Shown: positions 1-12,042 of the stretch, in pieces
Position numbering within the stretch: the stretch's first letter is position 1
How the letters are laid out: each line of letters starts with the position of its first letter
Source of the DNA: Lepidodermella squamata
Taxonomy: Eukaryota > Animalia > Gastrotricha
Assembly (NCBI GenBank): GCA_047495785.1
Contig: JBLDXI010000011.1
Span: 1,054,001-1,118,000 of the forward strand
Direction: 5' to 3'
Length of the DNA stretch: 64,000 nucleotides
Program-made: the position numbers and the translations under genes
Notes under the pieces: generated by a model
Databases searched by the model: none
What the model saw: the letters and a program-made list of their open reading frames with translations, nothing else
Told to the model about the DNA's origin: nothing

Positions 1-626
1 CTCATTTAGAAAAATGAATGGGATTGGAATTCTCTTGCCGCAATGTTGTTACTCTATCAAAATGAAACAGGACAAGCATTCTGCGTGAGAAAAATGTTTT
101 TCAGGAATATTCTTGGAATGGTGACAAGTGAAAATATTCCAAAGTTGCGATTGAGACAACTAAACAGCGCTAATATAAACTAACTTATTTAATTCTCGAG
201 CACATCTCAATTTTATTGTCCTAAATTAAGAAAATTGATAGGTTTCTATTCGTTTTATTACGATCTATCAAAAACATTGGCCGATAGATTCACCAGTAAG
301 ACCAGCCAGTAATACGTGTCGTCACGAGGAACAGATGACGATTATTCATAGAAGAATGTTTCTTTTGAAATGTTGAGAGAGTAAAGAATGATAGAGCAAG
401 GAAATGAATGAAATTTACCTCTTCAAAGAATCACATTTAACGTAGTCTATGATAAAGTTTATTTTGCAAGAAAAAAAGGACGCGAGAAGTTTAAAAGCAA
501 AAGTACCATATTATCTTGTCAGCATTGGAAATGTAAAACTTATTGATCTTCTCATTCGTTCGTTTAAAAGACCAATCTTGCCATTGCGAAATAACGGCTT
601 TTTGGCAATATTTCGAGTTATTAGCA

Positions 627-1580
627 CTAGGAATTGTTCCCTGTGCATTTTTCGACTGTTAGTCCGTAGACACTGACAGTTGAGGTTGCCGGCACCGCGC
701 TCGCTGGAGTAGAACCGAGAGCCTGGCAACAGGCGCCGTAATTGGCAAAAGAATAGGTTGTGGGCGAAACCTTGATTGTCTGTTTAAAGTTTCACGGTCA
801 TACAGAGCTGTATTGTAAATTGCATATTATGATCTTACCACACCGCTTGTTAGAAGGACGTCAGATGAACCACTAGCTGTATGGGGAAAACGGACGCAGT
901 TGCCGGTCGTGGCCGTGGCAGATGTCCCAGTAACCAGATAGGGCGTCGAGGAAGCGGCACCGATGCAAACCGTTGCATAGGCTACCGGTGGGCCCGTGAT
1001 AACAGCTTGCTCGTACATAATGTTCGCGGTTGTTGGAGTTGTCGCGGCACAGCATAGGGCAAAGGTAGTGTACGTGTTCGGGGTTGGTGTTACTTGCTGG
1101 AAAATGCATTAATATGTCAAAGAGAATGCGATCTTGGTGTGTCCATACTGTTGCGCCAGTTAATTGGGTACAGGCTCCCGCGTTATCGATGCAGAATTTC
1201 AAATTCGTCTGGCTGGTACCTGAACCGCCTTGGGTCGTTATTTGACAAAGATTGTAGACGGGCTAGATAATACGATTGAAATTAGCGTTTCACAACAACG
1301 ACATCCAATTAGGGGAAGGAATAAATACATAATCCGCCATGGCACAAATAATGAATGCGAAATAAATTACAGTTGTTAAGCAGCTTTTAGTGCTATCGGT
1401 ACACGCCTGGGTTGAGGTAACGCATTGGTTCGGAGATGAGCAAGTCGAAGTTGAAGCTGCGCATGATTGACCGGAAGGGCAAGATGACGAGCCGGTTGGG
1501 CACGGAGTTGAAGTTGATGCAGGGCATGCGTTTGCTGCAGCAATAACAATCGCAAATATCACCCCTCCTGAGATAACCAT
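627..1580 (-). CDS. Secreted Cys/Thr/Ser-rich protein, 244 aa, solo copy; exons 1580-1371, 1262-1149, 1096-839, 779-627
   Basis: Manual splicing at three GT..AG introns (108, 52, 59 nt, all phase 0) gives one uninterrupted ORF: MVISGGVIFAIVIAAANA-CPASTSTPC...KSCLTT|PVYNLC...LTGAT|QVTPTPNTYTTFALCCAA...LLTSGV|TIKVSPTTYSFANYGACCQA...EKCTGNNS*. It has a hydrophobic signal peptide ending A-N-A, 18 Cys and about 45 Thr. The same splice sites are conserved in the array paralogs. Confidence 0.85.
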
Positions 1581-1647
1581 TTTATATTGAGAGCTGAAGT
1601 GATTGAAATGAAAATGAAATCGTGAGAATAAAGCTGCAAGGATCGCG

Positions 1648-1656
1648 ATTTATATA
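1648..1656 (-). promoter_or_regulatory. Possible TATA box of the solo secreted-protein gene
   Basis: The minus strand reads TATATAAAT about 70 nt upstream of the ATG at 1580. Confidence 0.35.
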
Positions 1657-3666
1657 CTATAACTGGGGTTGTCGGCCGTGTCGAACCGTCACTGCAGAAA
1701 CTGAAGTGAAGAATTATTGCTGAGATTTGAGGAGACGCTTTAATTCATAAAAATTAGCGTTGCTCTTAGTCAGGACAGAAAGAGACCACAGGACTGATAA
1801 ATCTTGGCGTGCATGTCAGAAGTAGATCTTGAAGAAACGCTCACGTCAGACTGCCGAAGAACAAAAGTGGGATGCATCTGGGTTGGATGTAGATCAGAAG
1901 TTTATGTCATGTAGCTGTGAAATAGACGCGTCAGACATGTAGTGAAGATGCATCTTTCCTATTCAATAGTTTCAAGTATTTTGGATGAAAGATGAATCCT
2001 ACACGTTTAGCTGGGTTCTCGGACTCTCGATGTCGCGCGTGTCGCCAGTGTCGCAACATTGTCGCATGTTGCGTCGCGAGGTTGTAAATCGTTGATGGTG
2101 ATATTATGCCTTTTACCCTTGCGGGTTTAGGGTACTGTGGACGACGAGGGATCAGCTTCGGCGTCCGACTGTTGCATTTTGAACAACAGTTGGAAATTAT
2201 TCATAATTCTTCATAATTTTGTTTCGTTTTTCTCGCACTTGCGCAGGTGATGATTGGGGGTCGGACAGAAATGACAAGGACATGGCAAGGAATTAAGCCA
2301 CAGAAACAGTTTCTCGCGCACGACAGAATTTCAATCTATCCGCAAAGTCATCTCAATAAACAACCAAAAGGGGACATATTTTCCATATCCTACCGCCGTC
2401 CTACTTCGCTCTCTGATATCGAGCCTTCCGCGCCAGAACAGTGTGACGGAAAACAAATGGCGTAATGCATTAAATGCGCAGAAAAACTGTACTGTTTTAA
2501 CAGTTGCACTGCTTACCTTTACAGCGAAATGTCTGTGTTGATCTGCAATGTGACCTGAGCGTGTTGTCTGGCATAATGATAGTGTGTATATTCCATGATA
2601 ATCGACATGACCGACCTACACGTTTGCGATGGATGACCCATATTGAAAATGTATGTTCTCCATGGCTAGTCTGTATAGAAAGGCCGAACGATCCACGCTC
2701 GCACATTTATCATCCAATTAAGTTTCTTCGTTTCTCGCGCTTTTGACAGCGCTCTTCGCCGTTCGCAGTTAGTAGTAGTTAGTAGTAGTTAGTAGTACAA
2801 CACCACAGCTTCAAATGTGTAGGGCGAATTTCGAATTTGATGGTGAGGACTGTTGAGCAATCATTCCTACGAAGTATCATCGCGCGAGAATGATGAAGTG
2901 CGATGCTGTCATTAGCATATTTTAAAAGATCTAGCAATTTTACAGAATATCTTTTAGCGGAACCAAATCGGCGCTTTGCGGTACTTAATTTTAGGTAAGC
3001 GAAAGGTCGTTTTTGAAATATTGCTGTGAAATTGAGGCAATGCATGAATTCTATAGTAAAGGATATTCCAAAATTTGGTTCTGTCAGGCTTGGCTGGGAA
3101 TCTCTATACGATTTATATACTCTTGAGGGAGCAAATTTACGCGTTATTTAACGCGACCGTTAGCGCGGATGTTAGAGCTGATTCAAAGCGTTCGAGAATC
3201 TACCATAAAATGGAAGTTGAAATTTTTGTTACATGGGTTCGATTGAAAGCTACTTTAATCCGCAGCAATTTCCTTATTTTCGCAACAAATTTGTTCTTTC
3301 CGCAGCAATTTCTTTTCTCGCAGTATCACTTTATTTCGCAGCAGATCAACGTTTTTTTCCGCAGTAAACGCTAAATGAATAACTATTTGAAATAATATAG
3401 CCACCGAACTAAATTAAGGCTATTCAATATTTAAAATCACGCCAGGTGATTGTAGTGAGCACGCGCCCAAAATTTGACGCGACCTGAGCGAGTGAAACGA
3501 CGGCTTTAGTTTGACAAATTATTTTTCACATTTTAAACATCGCGACTTGATCAACTGCCAAAAACCTCTAAGAAATAGCCTCGTTGCCTCGTTGGGCAAA
3601 AATCTTAATGCGGTACGAAATTTCATTTAATTCAATACCTAACCATTTTATTCGGTTATTTAACTG

Positions 3667-3741
3667 GTTAGGGTTAGGGTTAGGGTTAGGGGTTAGGGTT
3701 AGGGTTAGGGTTAGGGTTAGGGCTAGCGTTAGGTTAGGTTT
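3667..3741 (+). repeat. Interstitial (TTAGGG)n tract, about 9 near-perfect units, then degenerate
   Basis: Reads ggttagggttaggg..., decaying to ggctagcgttaggttaggttt. A CCTAACCA about 25 nt upstream can pair with the start of the tract. Confidence 0.9.
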
Positions 3742-4844
3742 AGAGGCTGGGTTTTAAAATTCGGGGACTTTGAACGGATTGGTAAATTTTGGGGTGATTA
3801 CCGTTTGCGCGACTTATTTTGCGCGACGCGATCTGCTGGATCTGACGGTGCGCATGCAAGGTGTGTGTCGCGCAAAATCTAAGAAAACCTCTAAGAAAGC
3901 AGTTCGCCAGCATTACGGCCTCGAGTCCGAATCTCGAGGAAGCGCTACGAGCTCATGCTCAATACATCATTGACTTCAGCCCAGATATGCCCAGACATGA
4001 CTCTGAGGAGCAAATGGTATGCTTTGACCCAATCTCAACAGTACTTTTACAATAAAACCGACTTTATCGATAGAGTCGACTTTATCATAAAGACAGCTTC
4101 CAAAATAACCCCCATTATCTATTCATGTCGACGTATAAATACCTAGAACAGAATAAAATAAATTGAGTCAGACACATTTCGGTCGTCTTGTTAACATCAG
4201 CAACGAGCCACCAGCATCAACATGAGACCACACTCATGGATAAAGCTGTTAACGCAAGCTGGAAAATGAATTTTTTTTGGCTGAGGTAAAAAATCAGCAG
4301 AAATGGTTATTTACAATTTATTGCTCACCCTTTTCCAGCCTCTCGCCATTACGGTCATAAAGAATGCCAGCGGCAGGTAGCCGGCACCAGTTTTCACCGG
4401 CTTGGAAGCATTTATTCCCCAATTGTTAGCAAATTTTTATAATCCTCAGCTCATTTCCAATCGAACAGACGGTACTTTTTTCCGCAGCAATTTATTTTTC
4501 TCGCAGTATCGCTTTATTTTCGCAGCAATTTATTTGTATTCAATTGCTCATAATTATTTATAAAACCTAAACAACAAACAACAGGAAAATTAGTAGTTGG
4601 GGTTATTTTGAAAGGGTTATTTTATTAAGGTTGTAACGCTTGATCAACGGAATAATGATTCATAGAATAATGAAGTCAGATAATCAGTACAGTTGTAGAC
4701 AAAATCACCGGCTGCAGAGCCGACCAGCTTGGCATGTGGACCTGAAAGATAAACGAACATTAGACGAACATTAGGCGAAGGTCAATTTGGCGAAAAAATG
4801 GGGGAGAAATTCGCTAAAAAACGCTGGAAAAAATATCTAACCTT

Positions 4845-5246
4845 TCAATTTTCCAACATTGGAAGGTCATCATCATCAGAGGGTTGACCCTGTGCTTGTT
4901 GAACGGCTGCTTGTTGAGCGGCTGCTTGTTGCGCGGCTAGTCGACGGCGGCGCTGCATTTCAGCGATCGACTCGGCGATGTCCGGCAATACCGGGTCGAT
5001 CGGGAGATCGTCGGCTTCCTCCGTCTCGGAGCCGGAGTCACTGACTTCCGACCCCAAGGTCGAGTCTTCGAGGTGATGCTCGATCTCCTCCACGTCGATG
5101 AGCACGTGGCCGGCAGCGTAGTAGCCTACGCGATTTTCGTCAGGCCGCCAATTGTTGCCGTTGCCCTGCCCGTTATTGTTGCCGCTGCCGGAGCCGCCGC
5201 TGCCGGAGCCGCCGTTGCCGAAGCCGCCGTTGCCGCTGCACGCCAT
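4845..5246 (-). CDS. Hypothetical 133-aa low-complexity protein (Gly/Asn-rich N-terminus, acidic middle, AQQA repeats)
   Basis: GC-rich, codon-like ORF from ATG 5246 (MACSGNGGFG...DDDDLPMLEN*). A splice-donor-like AAG|GTTAG follows the stop and a TTTCAG acceptor lies near 4742. Confidence 0.5.
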   Translation of the reverse strand: MACSGNGGFGNGGSGSGGSGSGNNNGQGNGNNWRPDENRVGYYAAGHVLIDVEEIEHHLEDSTLGSEVSDSGSETEEADDLPIDPVLPDIAESIAEMQRRRRLAAQQAAAQQAAVQQAQGQPSDDDDLPMLEN

Positions 5247-7433
5247 TGAACAGTAGTGAGTAGATAGTAGTGAGTTGGGAGTATTGAGTTTAGTTAGTTG
5301 AGTTGTTATCATAAATTGAAACTTCTCAAATGATGGTTACAAATTGAGCTTTCAGTTATCGGCTGTCAGTGGGTGGAGCTTAGTTTTACACGTGCGTGAT
5401 ATTGACAGGTATACCCGGGTGCCAGCGATGGTTGCGCGTGCACATTCAGCGCGCGTCTTATCGTGCCGCGTGTAATCTAAATAAATCACGCACACCATCA
5501 GATGCGCGTTACAGCGGCGATGTCAAACAGCGGCGTCTCTATGATCTTCTAAGATTGATTCATCAGTAACCTCATCATTAAAAAACACGTGTCGAGCTTC
5601 ATTCAATTGCGGCGACTTTTATTGTCAAACGAGAAGCCAAAAAAATGAAAAAGGTACAACGGGTTCCATGCTGGTTGTAGAACGGCCGCGCCCAGGCAAT
5701 AAACTTATGTCGTAAGACGGCGCTAGTCAGGCGGCCGAAGTCCAGCGGCCCGAGCCCGGCAGCCCGAGTGCGGCGCTGAACAATAGCGCTGGTTCCCTTT
5801 GTTCTCCGCCGTGCTCGGGCCAACACCTCGGCCAGCCCGGCCCGTGTGCAGTGAAGCGGAATTCGTTGAAATTCGTTAAATTTACAGTAAACGTCACCTA
5901 CGGGTAAATTTTAAACCGGCCCGAGCGCGGAGTGGTAAAGTGCTGTTACGGCTGACGGGCTGACCCGAACGCGTACGGGTAGAAATCGGGCTCGAGCCCC
6001 AACAGCACTACGGCGCGCTAAGAGGCCACTCTGCAATGCAGCAATCAACAGCAGTAAAGAATAAAACGAATTTTATATATTGTTCGACCTATGTTTTATT
6101 TTTATTCTAAATATGACAACAATAAACAAGCAAGCCGCGCGCGCAATATAACCACTTCCACACATAAATTTTTTAAATTGTCGCTCGCGCCTTTACCGCT
6201 CTATTATAATACCACATGACTTCGAATTATGATAATAATTCTTAATCAAATGACTGCGCGCGTTCGCGCTCGCTAATTAAAAATAATTAGCAATAACACC
6301 GCCCGCATTTCTATTATCGCTATGATAACCGTGGCGAAAAACACGATTAAAGGTATTGACTTGCGGTTTTCACGGTTTGATAGCCTGCAAAATGCGCCTA
6401 TAGTTCGCGCTAATACGCTTCAAACTTTTCCCAAAAAAAAGCACGAAAAATTCACAATTTTCAATTTTTAAGGTGGATATTTTTCCGGAAATTTTTCAAT
6501 TTTAGCTCGCGCTTTAACTCCGCAAACGTGATAGCTGGCATAACGTGTTTGGTCTCGTTCGATTCCTTGTAATTTTCTACACAGTTTTATTACAGAATAA
6601 TTTGCGCACAAAAGGCGGAAGGTGGTGTAAAATTGGAGTGAGAATGCGAAAATGTGCGTGTGTATGGCCGCACTAAAATTCAGTAACCAGTTTTACCGCG
6701 CGATTGATAACGCACAATATGGAGCCTGGATAGGCATGCCTGGGCTCAAAATGACCGATCGGCCACGTTCTAAACGATGAAACCAACTTATTCAGCGAAC
6801 GCATGCAAAACAATTTCGAAATTGAGTTAAGAGTTAAATCGCAGTCAGACATATTTCACCAAAATTTCGCCAAAAAATGAAAAAATTATTGAAATTGATT
6901 ATTGAAAAAATTATGAGGGCTACGAAGACGAGACGGGCATAGTCTCTTTTGATTCGTCTCGAAAATTTACGGTAGCCTGAGTAATGAGTAATTTACACAT
7001 GCGCACAAAACTGCTTCAAATGTTTACAAATTTGACAGAAATCACATCCGCTGGCGCACTAAAGATCAACTGAAAACCGTGATTAATCACGCCTCATATT
7101 AATCACGCAATTCAGCGCAAAAGTTGCTGCATTTAACGTGCATTCATTCATGAGCGCATGAGTAAAAAACAGTAGGGAGTAAAAAATCTGAAGTAATTCG
7201 GGAAATAATTTTTTTTCATTTTCATTAAAAAATCACGCGCCTAACTTTCTAGTTAAGGAGTTTAGCGGCAATAATGATAAAAAAAACCAAACAACATATC
7301 TCTACTCATAAAAAAATTATGAATTAGCGGCTAAATTTGTACCGATTTTTGCCATATTGGTCCAGCGTTAATGAAATAAACTCTAATCATCCTTTTTTTG
7401 TTTAAACTTAGCAGGGTTATAATATGGATAAAA

Positions 7434-8114
7434 TTAGGGTAACAGTGCTGCAAAAGAGAGGCAATGAGCAACAGAATCCAGAAATTCGAGTACGCCCAGC
7501 TCATTTCGATCCAATTCATCCCAGAACTTGTTTATGCGCTCAGTCAAACGAGAATAAAGCCGCAAGCTTGAGCTGGCCGGCTTGAAGCTGTTTACAGCGA
7601 TTTGGTCAAGGTTGACCCGGGAGTCATTTTCGAGCTCCATCATCGCATTTGAGAACCGCCATACATTTGGGTGACAGCCGCCGACTTTGGTGTTGATCTT
7701 ATGATTGTTGCCCTCAGCGAAATTGTTTGTTCGAAACTATTTCCGAAAGACGCACCATCTCTCCACTCCAACGACATTATACCAATAGGATTCGACATAT
7801 TCCATTAACTTTCGCAAATTTTCGGAATTCGTAATACAATCGCGGGCATGAAATCGAGTTAAATCAAAAGCAGGCCTCATTTTCTCTTTCGGTAGAAGGG
7901 GCAATGCCATTATGCGCCGTATGAGTCGATGAATTTCTCCCTCAATTTCCAGGTAATTGTTCCACATACCGTTGTTGTGTACCCATTTCAAAATCGCTTG
8001 GCAGTAATGGAAATGGCAGCCGGCGATCTCACACATGAATACCAAGAACAGCGCGTTCATCATAGCCAGCTCGTAGTCAGTAGTCACCACAGGTTGAGTA
8101 ATCGCAGGAACCAA
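7434..8114 (-). pseudogene. MULE/Mutator-type DDE transposase, C-terminal remnant
   Basis: Motifs TDYELAMMNAL, GCHFHYCQAI, MALPLLP, YVESYW, RTNNFAEGNNHKIN and HPNVWRF. In-frame TAG at 7737-7739; N-terminus missing. Confidence 0.85.
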
Positions 8115-9259
8115 CTTCAGTATTGGTACGAAATGATCACAATATTCAGTTTCATTTACAGGGTGTCCAAGAAATAATAGCTAGTTATAAATAGCATTGC
8201 TACTTTTGACACGCGCTTTAGCTTAACAAATACCTATTATTTCTGTATAATGATATTTGGACCGTATGAAAAAGTCACGATTTTCGATAATATTTTTGAA
8301 AAATCCCTTGTCTGAAACACCGTACGAAATGGTCACGATATGAAATAAAACTGGTTGAAATAGTAACTGTACGAAATGATCACGTATCAAATGCCATGTA
8401 TGAACTGACACTGAATCCAGGGCTTACCTGTTCAAAAAGATGGTCGATTTTTACATGTAAAAACATCAAAAATATGTACAAATTGATAGGGCATTCGCGA
8501 TAATCATAGGTTATAATTACCTGGTAAGTTTGAGTAGATAAAGTTCACACAAGACACAAGATAGTGAGCTCTTTCTCGTCTGATTTTCTTAGAAGCATGA
8601 GGTCCGCCGCCTCTCAGCGCCAGTCCCGCTCCTAATACTGCTAATCCTCCTCCTAATCCTACTCCTAATCCTGAGGCGCGGGAAACAACTTTGTGACCTT
8701 TCGCCTTAGTTTAACAGTTGCATGTTACCTTAAAATTTGAAAAATAATCTTTTAAATCTGGCACATCACTTAGATTTGGCTTGTTACGGCACTGTTACAG
8801 GCAGAGGTTTTTACAAGTTTTTACATATTTCATATTTTGATCGATTTTTACATACATGTTTTAACGTGATTTTACATGAGGTTTTTACAGCGATGTTTTA
8901 CATCGTCCATCCCAGCTGAGAACGCCACTTTTTGGCCTTTGGCCGACGGGCCGCCAGCGGTTGAGGGTGACATGTTATTAAAAATAGACGCTAGGTTACT
9001 TTCTAGCTCGGGCATGACATGCAAAACGCATAGTCTAGCGAGTTAGCTAAGTCCAACCGCGCCGCCTAATTTAGCTCGGTGGCTATCACTTATTAATACC
9101 TGGTAAAAGTACTGTTGAGATTGGGTCAATGCATACCATTTGCTCCTCAGACAAGCTTGGTGACATACACGCACATACACAAATACATACACACACAGTT
9201 GCATTCTCGTGTCTAGCTCACACTTTCTGCACACTTTTTAGCACACTTTTTTCTTTTTT

Positions 9260-10143
9260 TGCATGGGTACCAAAAGACAATCTTTGTCATTTCAGTGTCG
9301 AAGAAGCTGGAGATAAGGCCAAGGTCAAGCAATTTTGCATGTCTAACCTCAAGGAGCATACGAGAAGCATTCATAATCGGGATGATCTGGGGCCAACAGA
9401 GAATTGATTTCAAACGCAGTCATATTCCATCCAGTGAAGACGTGGCCAGTGATACGGCGAACAAGGAAGCTGACAGTGCGTTAGGCGTTAGGTGACCAAA
9501 TGACGCTCCCGGAAATTGGAAGTTATCCAGACGAAGAAGCCGTAACAGTTACTGACTGTGAAGTCCGAAACCCGACAATGGATCTATCGGTTCTTCTTCA
9601 AATGGCACCTGAGTTCGCGAAAATTTTTGCGGTTGAAATGTTGAAGCTCCAGAATAATTCCTCAGCATAAGTTACTAATACTGGCGATAATTGCAAAGAA
9701 AGTCTAGCTGAAAGAGCTGCCTCGGTTACAAAATCTTCCTTGAAGTTCTCAGCTGAGCTGAGCGACGCGAAATTTTGTTGAAATCCCTAGTATTTCCAGC
9801 TCTTTTGTCGTGAATTACGACGATCCAGGCATCGACTGTATTATTTGCGGCTCTCATTTCGGATAACATTTATCCACCGGATTTTTCAGATGGAAAATTA
9901 CAGCTGGACACATTTACTAACTTGAAAGGTTCTTTGGTTGAGCATTTTAAAACAGGGAAGCACACATCAGCCGTTGAAAGGCAGCTTGAACAGCAAGACC
10001 GGCAAAAGGAAGTGATGAATAAGCAGTTTTTACCCGGAATACACTTGGGGCGCCTGGCTTACAATGTTCTGCACTATGGCCGTGCTTACTCTTCATTTGA
10101 ACAAGATGCTGCTGTCGCTTTTGATAACGGTTCACTCCGATAG
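9260..10143 (+). pseudogene. Degraded N-terminal part of a ZNF862/KIAA1586-like hAT-type transposase
   Basis: LKGSLVEHFKTGKHTSAV...GRLAYNVLHYGRAYSSFE resembles the zinc-finger and following helical region of this hAT group. Multiple stops. Confidence 0.4.
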
Positions 10144-10551
10144 AGCTTCACTCCGGAGTCTTCAAGACTTGAAATTTTCAACATTGAATTCGTATGTCGA
10201 AAGGCTGGAGAAATATGGCCAGATCGAAGGTGTTACGTTGAGCGAATCAGTTCATGCAGCGCGAAGCACGAGAGGCGACAGTTTTGAGAAGATTCGTCGC
10301 TAAGTCCGCATGCAGGTTTGTAGTTTGCTTAGTTTTTTCCAGCCGCTATTGCTTGTTAATTTAGTGCTTAGATTACCGCGATACTCTGGTCGACTGCTTG
10401 TGCGATCGATTTGGCATTACATCTGAGGACTTCGATGTCTACCATTTGATTTCTAGCGGTCAAGCTGCTCGTAGCTCGTACTGAAGTCCAAGTCGTTCGA
10501 AGATTGTTGACGTGGAATAGTCAACCTGATGAAGATGTTGAGCTTTCACCC

Positions 10552-10618
10552 TGTAGTGCGGTGCAAACGTCACCTGTTTGTCGCGTGCCGCCTCGCGCCT
10601 CGCCCTTCAGTTGTAAAC
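10552..10618 (+). mobile_element. 5' part of a short LTR, split by the 10619-18481 transposon
   Basis: Begins TGTAG. Joined across the GTTGTAAAC duplication to 18491-18592 it forms a ~170-bp TGTAG...CTACA LTR. Confidence 0.5.
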
Positions 10619-11777
10619 GCACATTTACGGATCCGCGGTGGTTTCCTCCGGCCAGTAAAACGATGTGAAAGGCAATTTTTCCATAACAATTATTTGCTCG
10701 CACACTATTGGCCGGTTCAAAAATTAACGCGGTAACCGCACTAATGCCACTGTGAAACAAAACAACCGTTGACTTTGCAGATTTGTCACAGATTTGTGGC
10801 TAATAGTCAAGACCGATGCAAATATTAAGAAACACATTCTCACAAACTGTAAAAAAATGACTTTTAGCGAAAATTATCCCACTGAGAAATTCGTTCGACA
10901 CTAAGAAATTTGTAAATTTCGAACGAATTTCTCAAATTTAACAATCAGTTATTGGAGAAAATAAACTAAGGCTTCGATTTGCAAGCAATTTGAACTATTT
11001 ATATTCAAAAAATATCACGCCTTGGCATAATTCGAAATTATTATCAATTTTCTGCTTTTAAATCGATGGTCACAAATTTAGTTATAATTTTCCCTTGGAT
11101 GTTGGAAAGAATACTATCCTATTTTTTTAAATTTCCAGAGCTCAATTTTATCGCCCATTTTTGTTGAAATAACCGTAATGCCCATTCATAATTTTGTGTA
11201 GTAGTGACCTAATTAATTATTATGCGGAGTGTTTGCGTGGTGCAAAACAAAAAATAGTGAGAGCAAATTTTATTGCTATGTGATATTGCTACGGCAGAAA
11301 AAAAACGAATAAAGCCACGAAAGCAGCGCGAATGAACGTAAACTGCCATACTGTAATGACAGTAATGACAACCTCACCCTTGAATATCGAAAAAAATTAA
11401 TCTCGGTTTTATTAAACATTTTTTTTTATATTCCAAGTCCGCCTGAAAAAACCGGGTTCAGGATTGGAAATAGTGATAACAAGCAGCCTTTTGATTTCAT
11501 TATCGAGTGCAGCTGAATTTTGCGTCCAGTTTTCAGCGATCCCAATCGATAATTATTGTTGAATGTTTTGGCGATCGGGTTGGGTGATTTTTTCTAATTT
11601 TCAGCAAGGAGTCAAAGGCGTCAATAATGTTGAAATTTGAAATTAGGGTAAAATTCACAACCTCTGCTCATTTTTTCAATTATTGATTTCACTGGATTTG
11701 GGAATTTTTTAGGAAAAATGTTTCAATCATCCCGTTCGTGGCGCGGAAGAACCAGCACTTTGGGCAAAAAAACTCGT

Positions 11778-12042
11778 GTACACAAGAGTACAGTATATTT
11801 ATTCTGTACAAACTGGTACAGTTTTGATGGCCGTAAATGTCAGTACAGCTCATTCGACTGTAGATTGAGTACAGTTGACCAGGCTGTATATTAGATGTAC
11901 AGCGTTTCATTCCTGTATCATGGCGTACAGCTCATTGAGCTGTACGCCCAAGTACAGTCGAATGCAACGTACATGCTGAGTACAGGAGTGACAGCCGTAA
12001 TGACTGTGTACGGTTCGTCTAAACCGTACACGAGAGTACAGG
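11778..12042. repeat. Left subterminal GTAC-rich array of the transposon
   Basis: Dense GTACAG/CTGTAC/GTAC motifs at irregular spacing, mirroring 17805-18192. Confidence 0.65.

Larger units (their letters stand above)
4002..9151. mobile_element. Possible Mutator-like element delimited by a 49-bp inverted repeat (4002-4050 / 9103-9151)
   Basis: TCTGAGGAGCAAATGGTATGCTTTGACCCAATCTCAACAGTACTTTTAC and its reverse complement (1 mismatch) enclose a MULE transposase remnant. No TSD found. Confidence 0.35.

Noticed and set aside
808-838. Alternative 31-nt intron 3 using the first CAG acceptor
   Set aside because: It leads to a stop within 8 codons in both paralog types. The downstream acceptor at 780 gives a conserved 50-aa exon containing the second CC motif.
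3667-3741. True chromosome end, or a telomere-attached PLE (Terminon-like) junction
   Set aside because: The tract is short and internal, with no adjacent PLE ORF or hammerhead. The PLE in this window has a GIY-YIG endonuclease and is 37 kb away.
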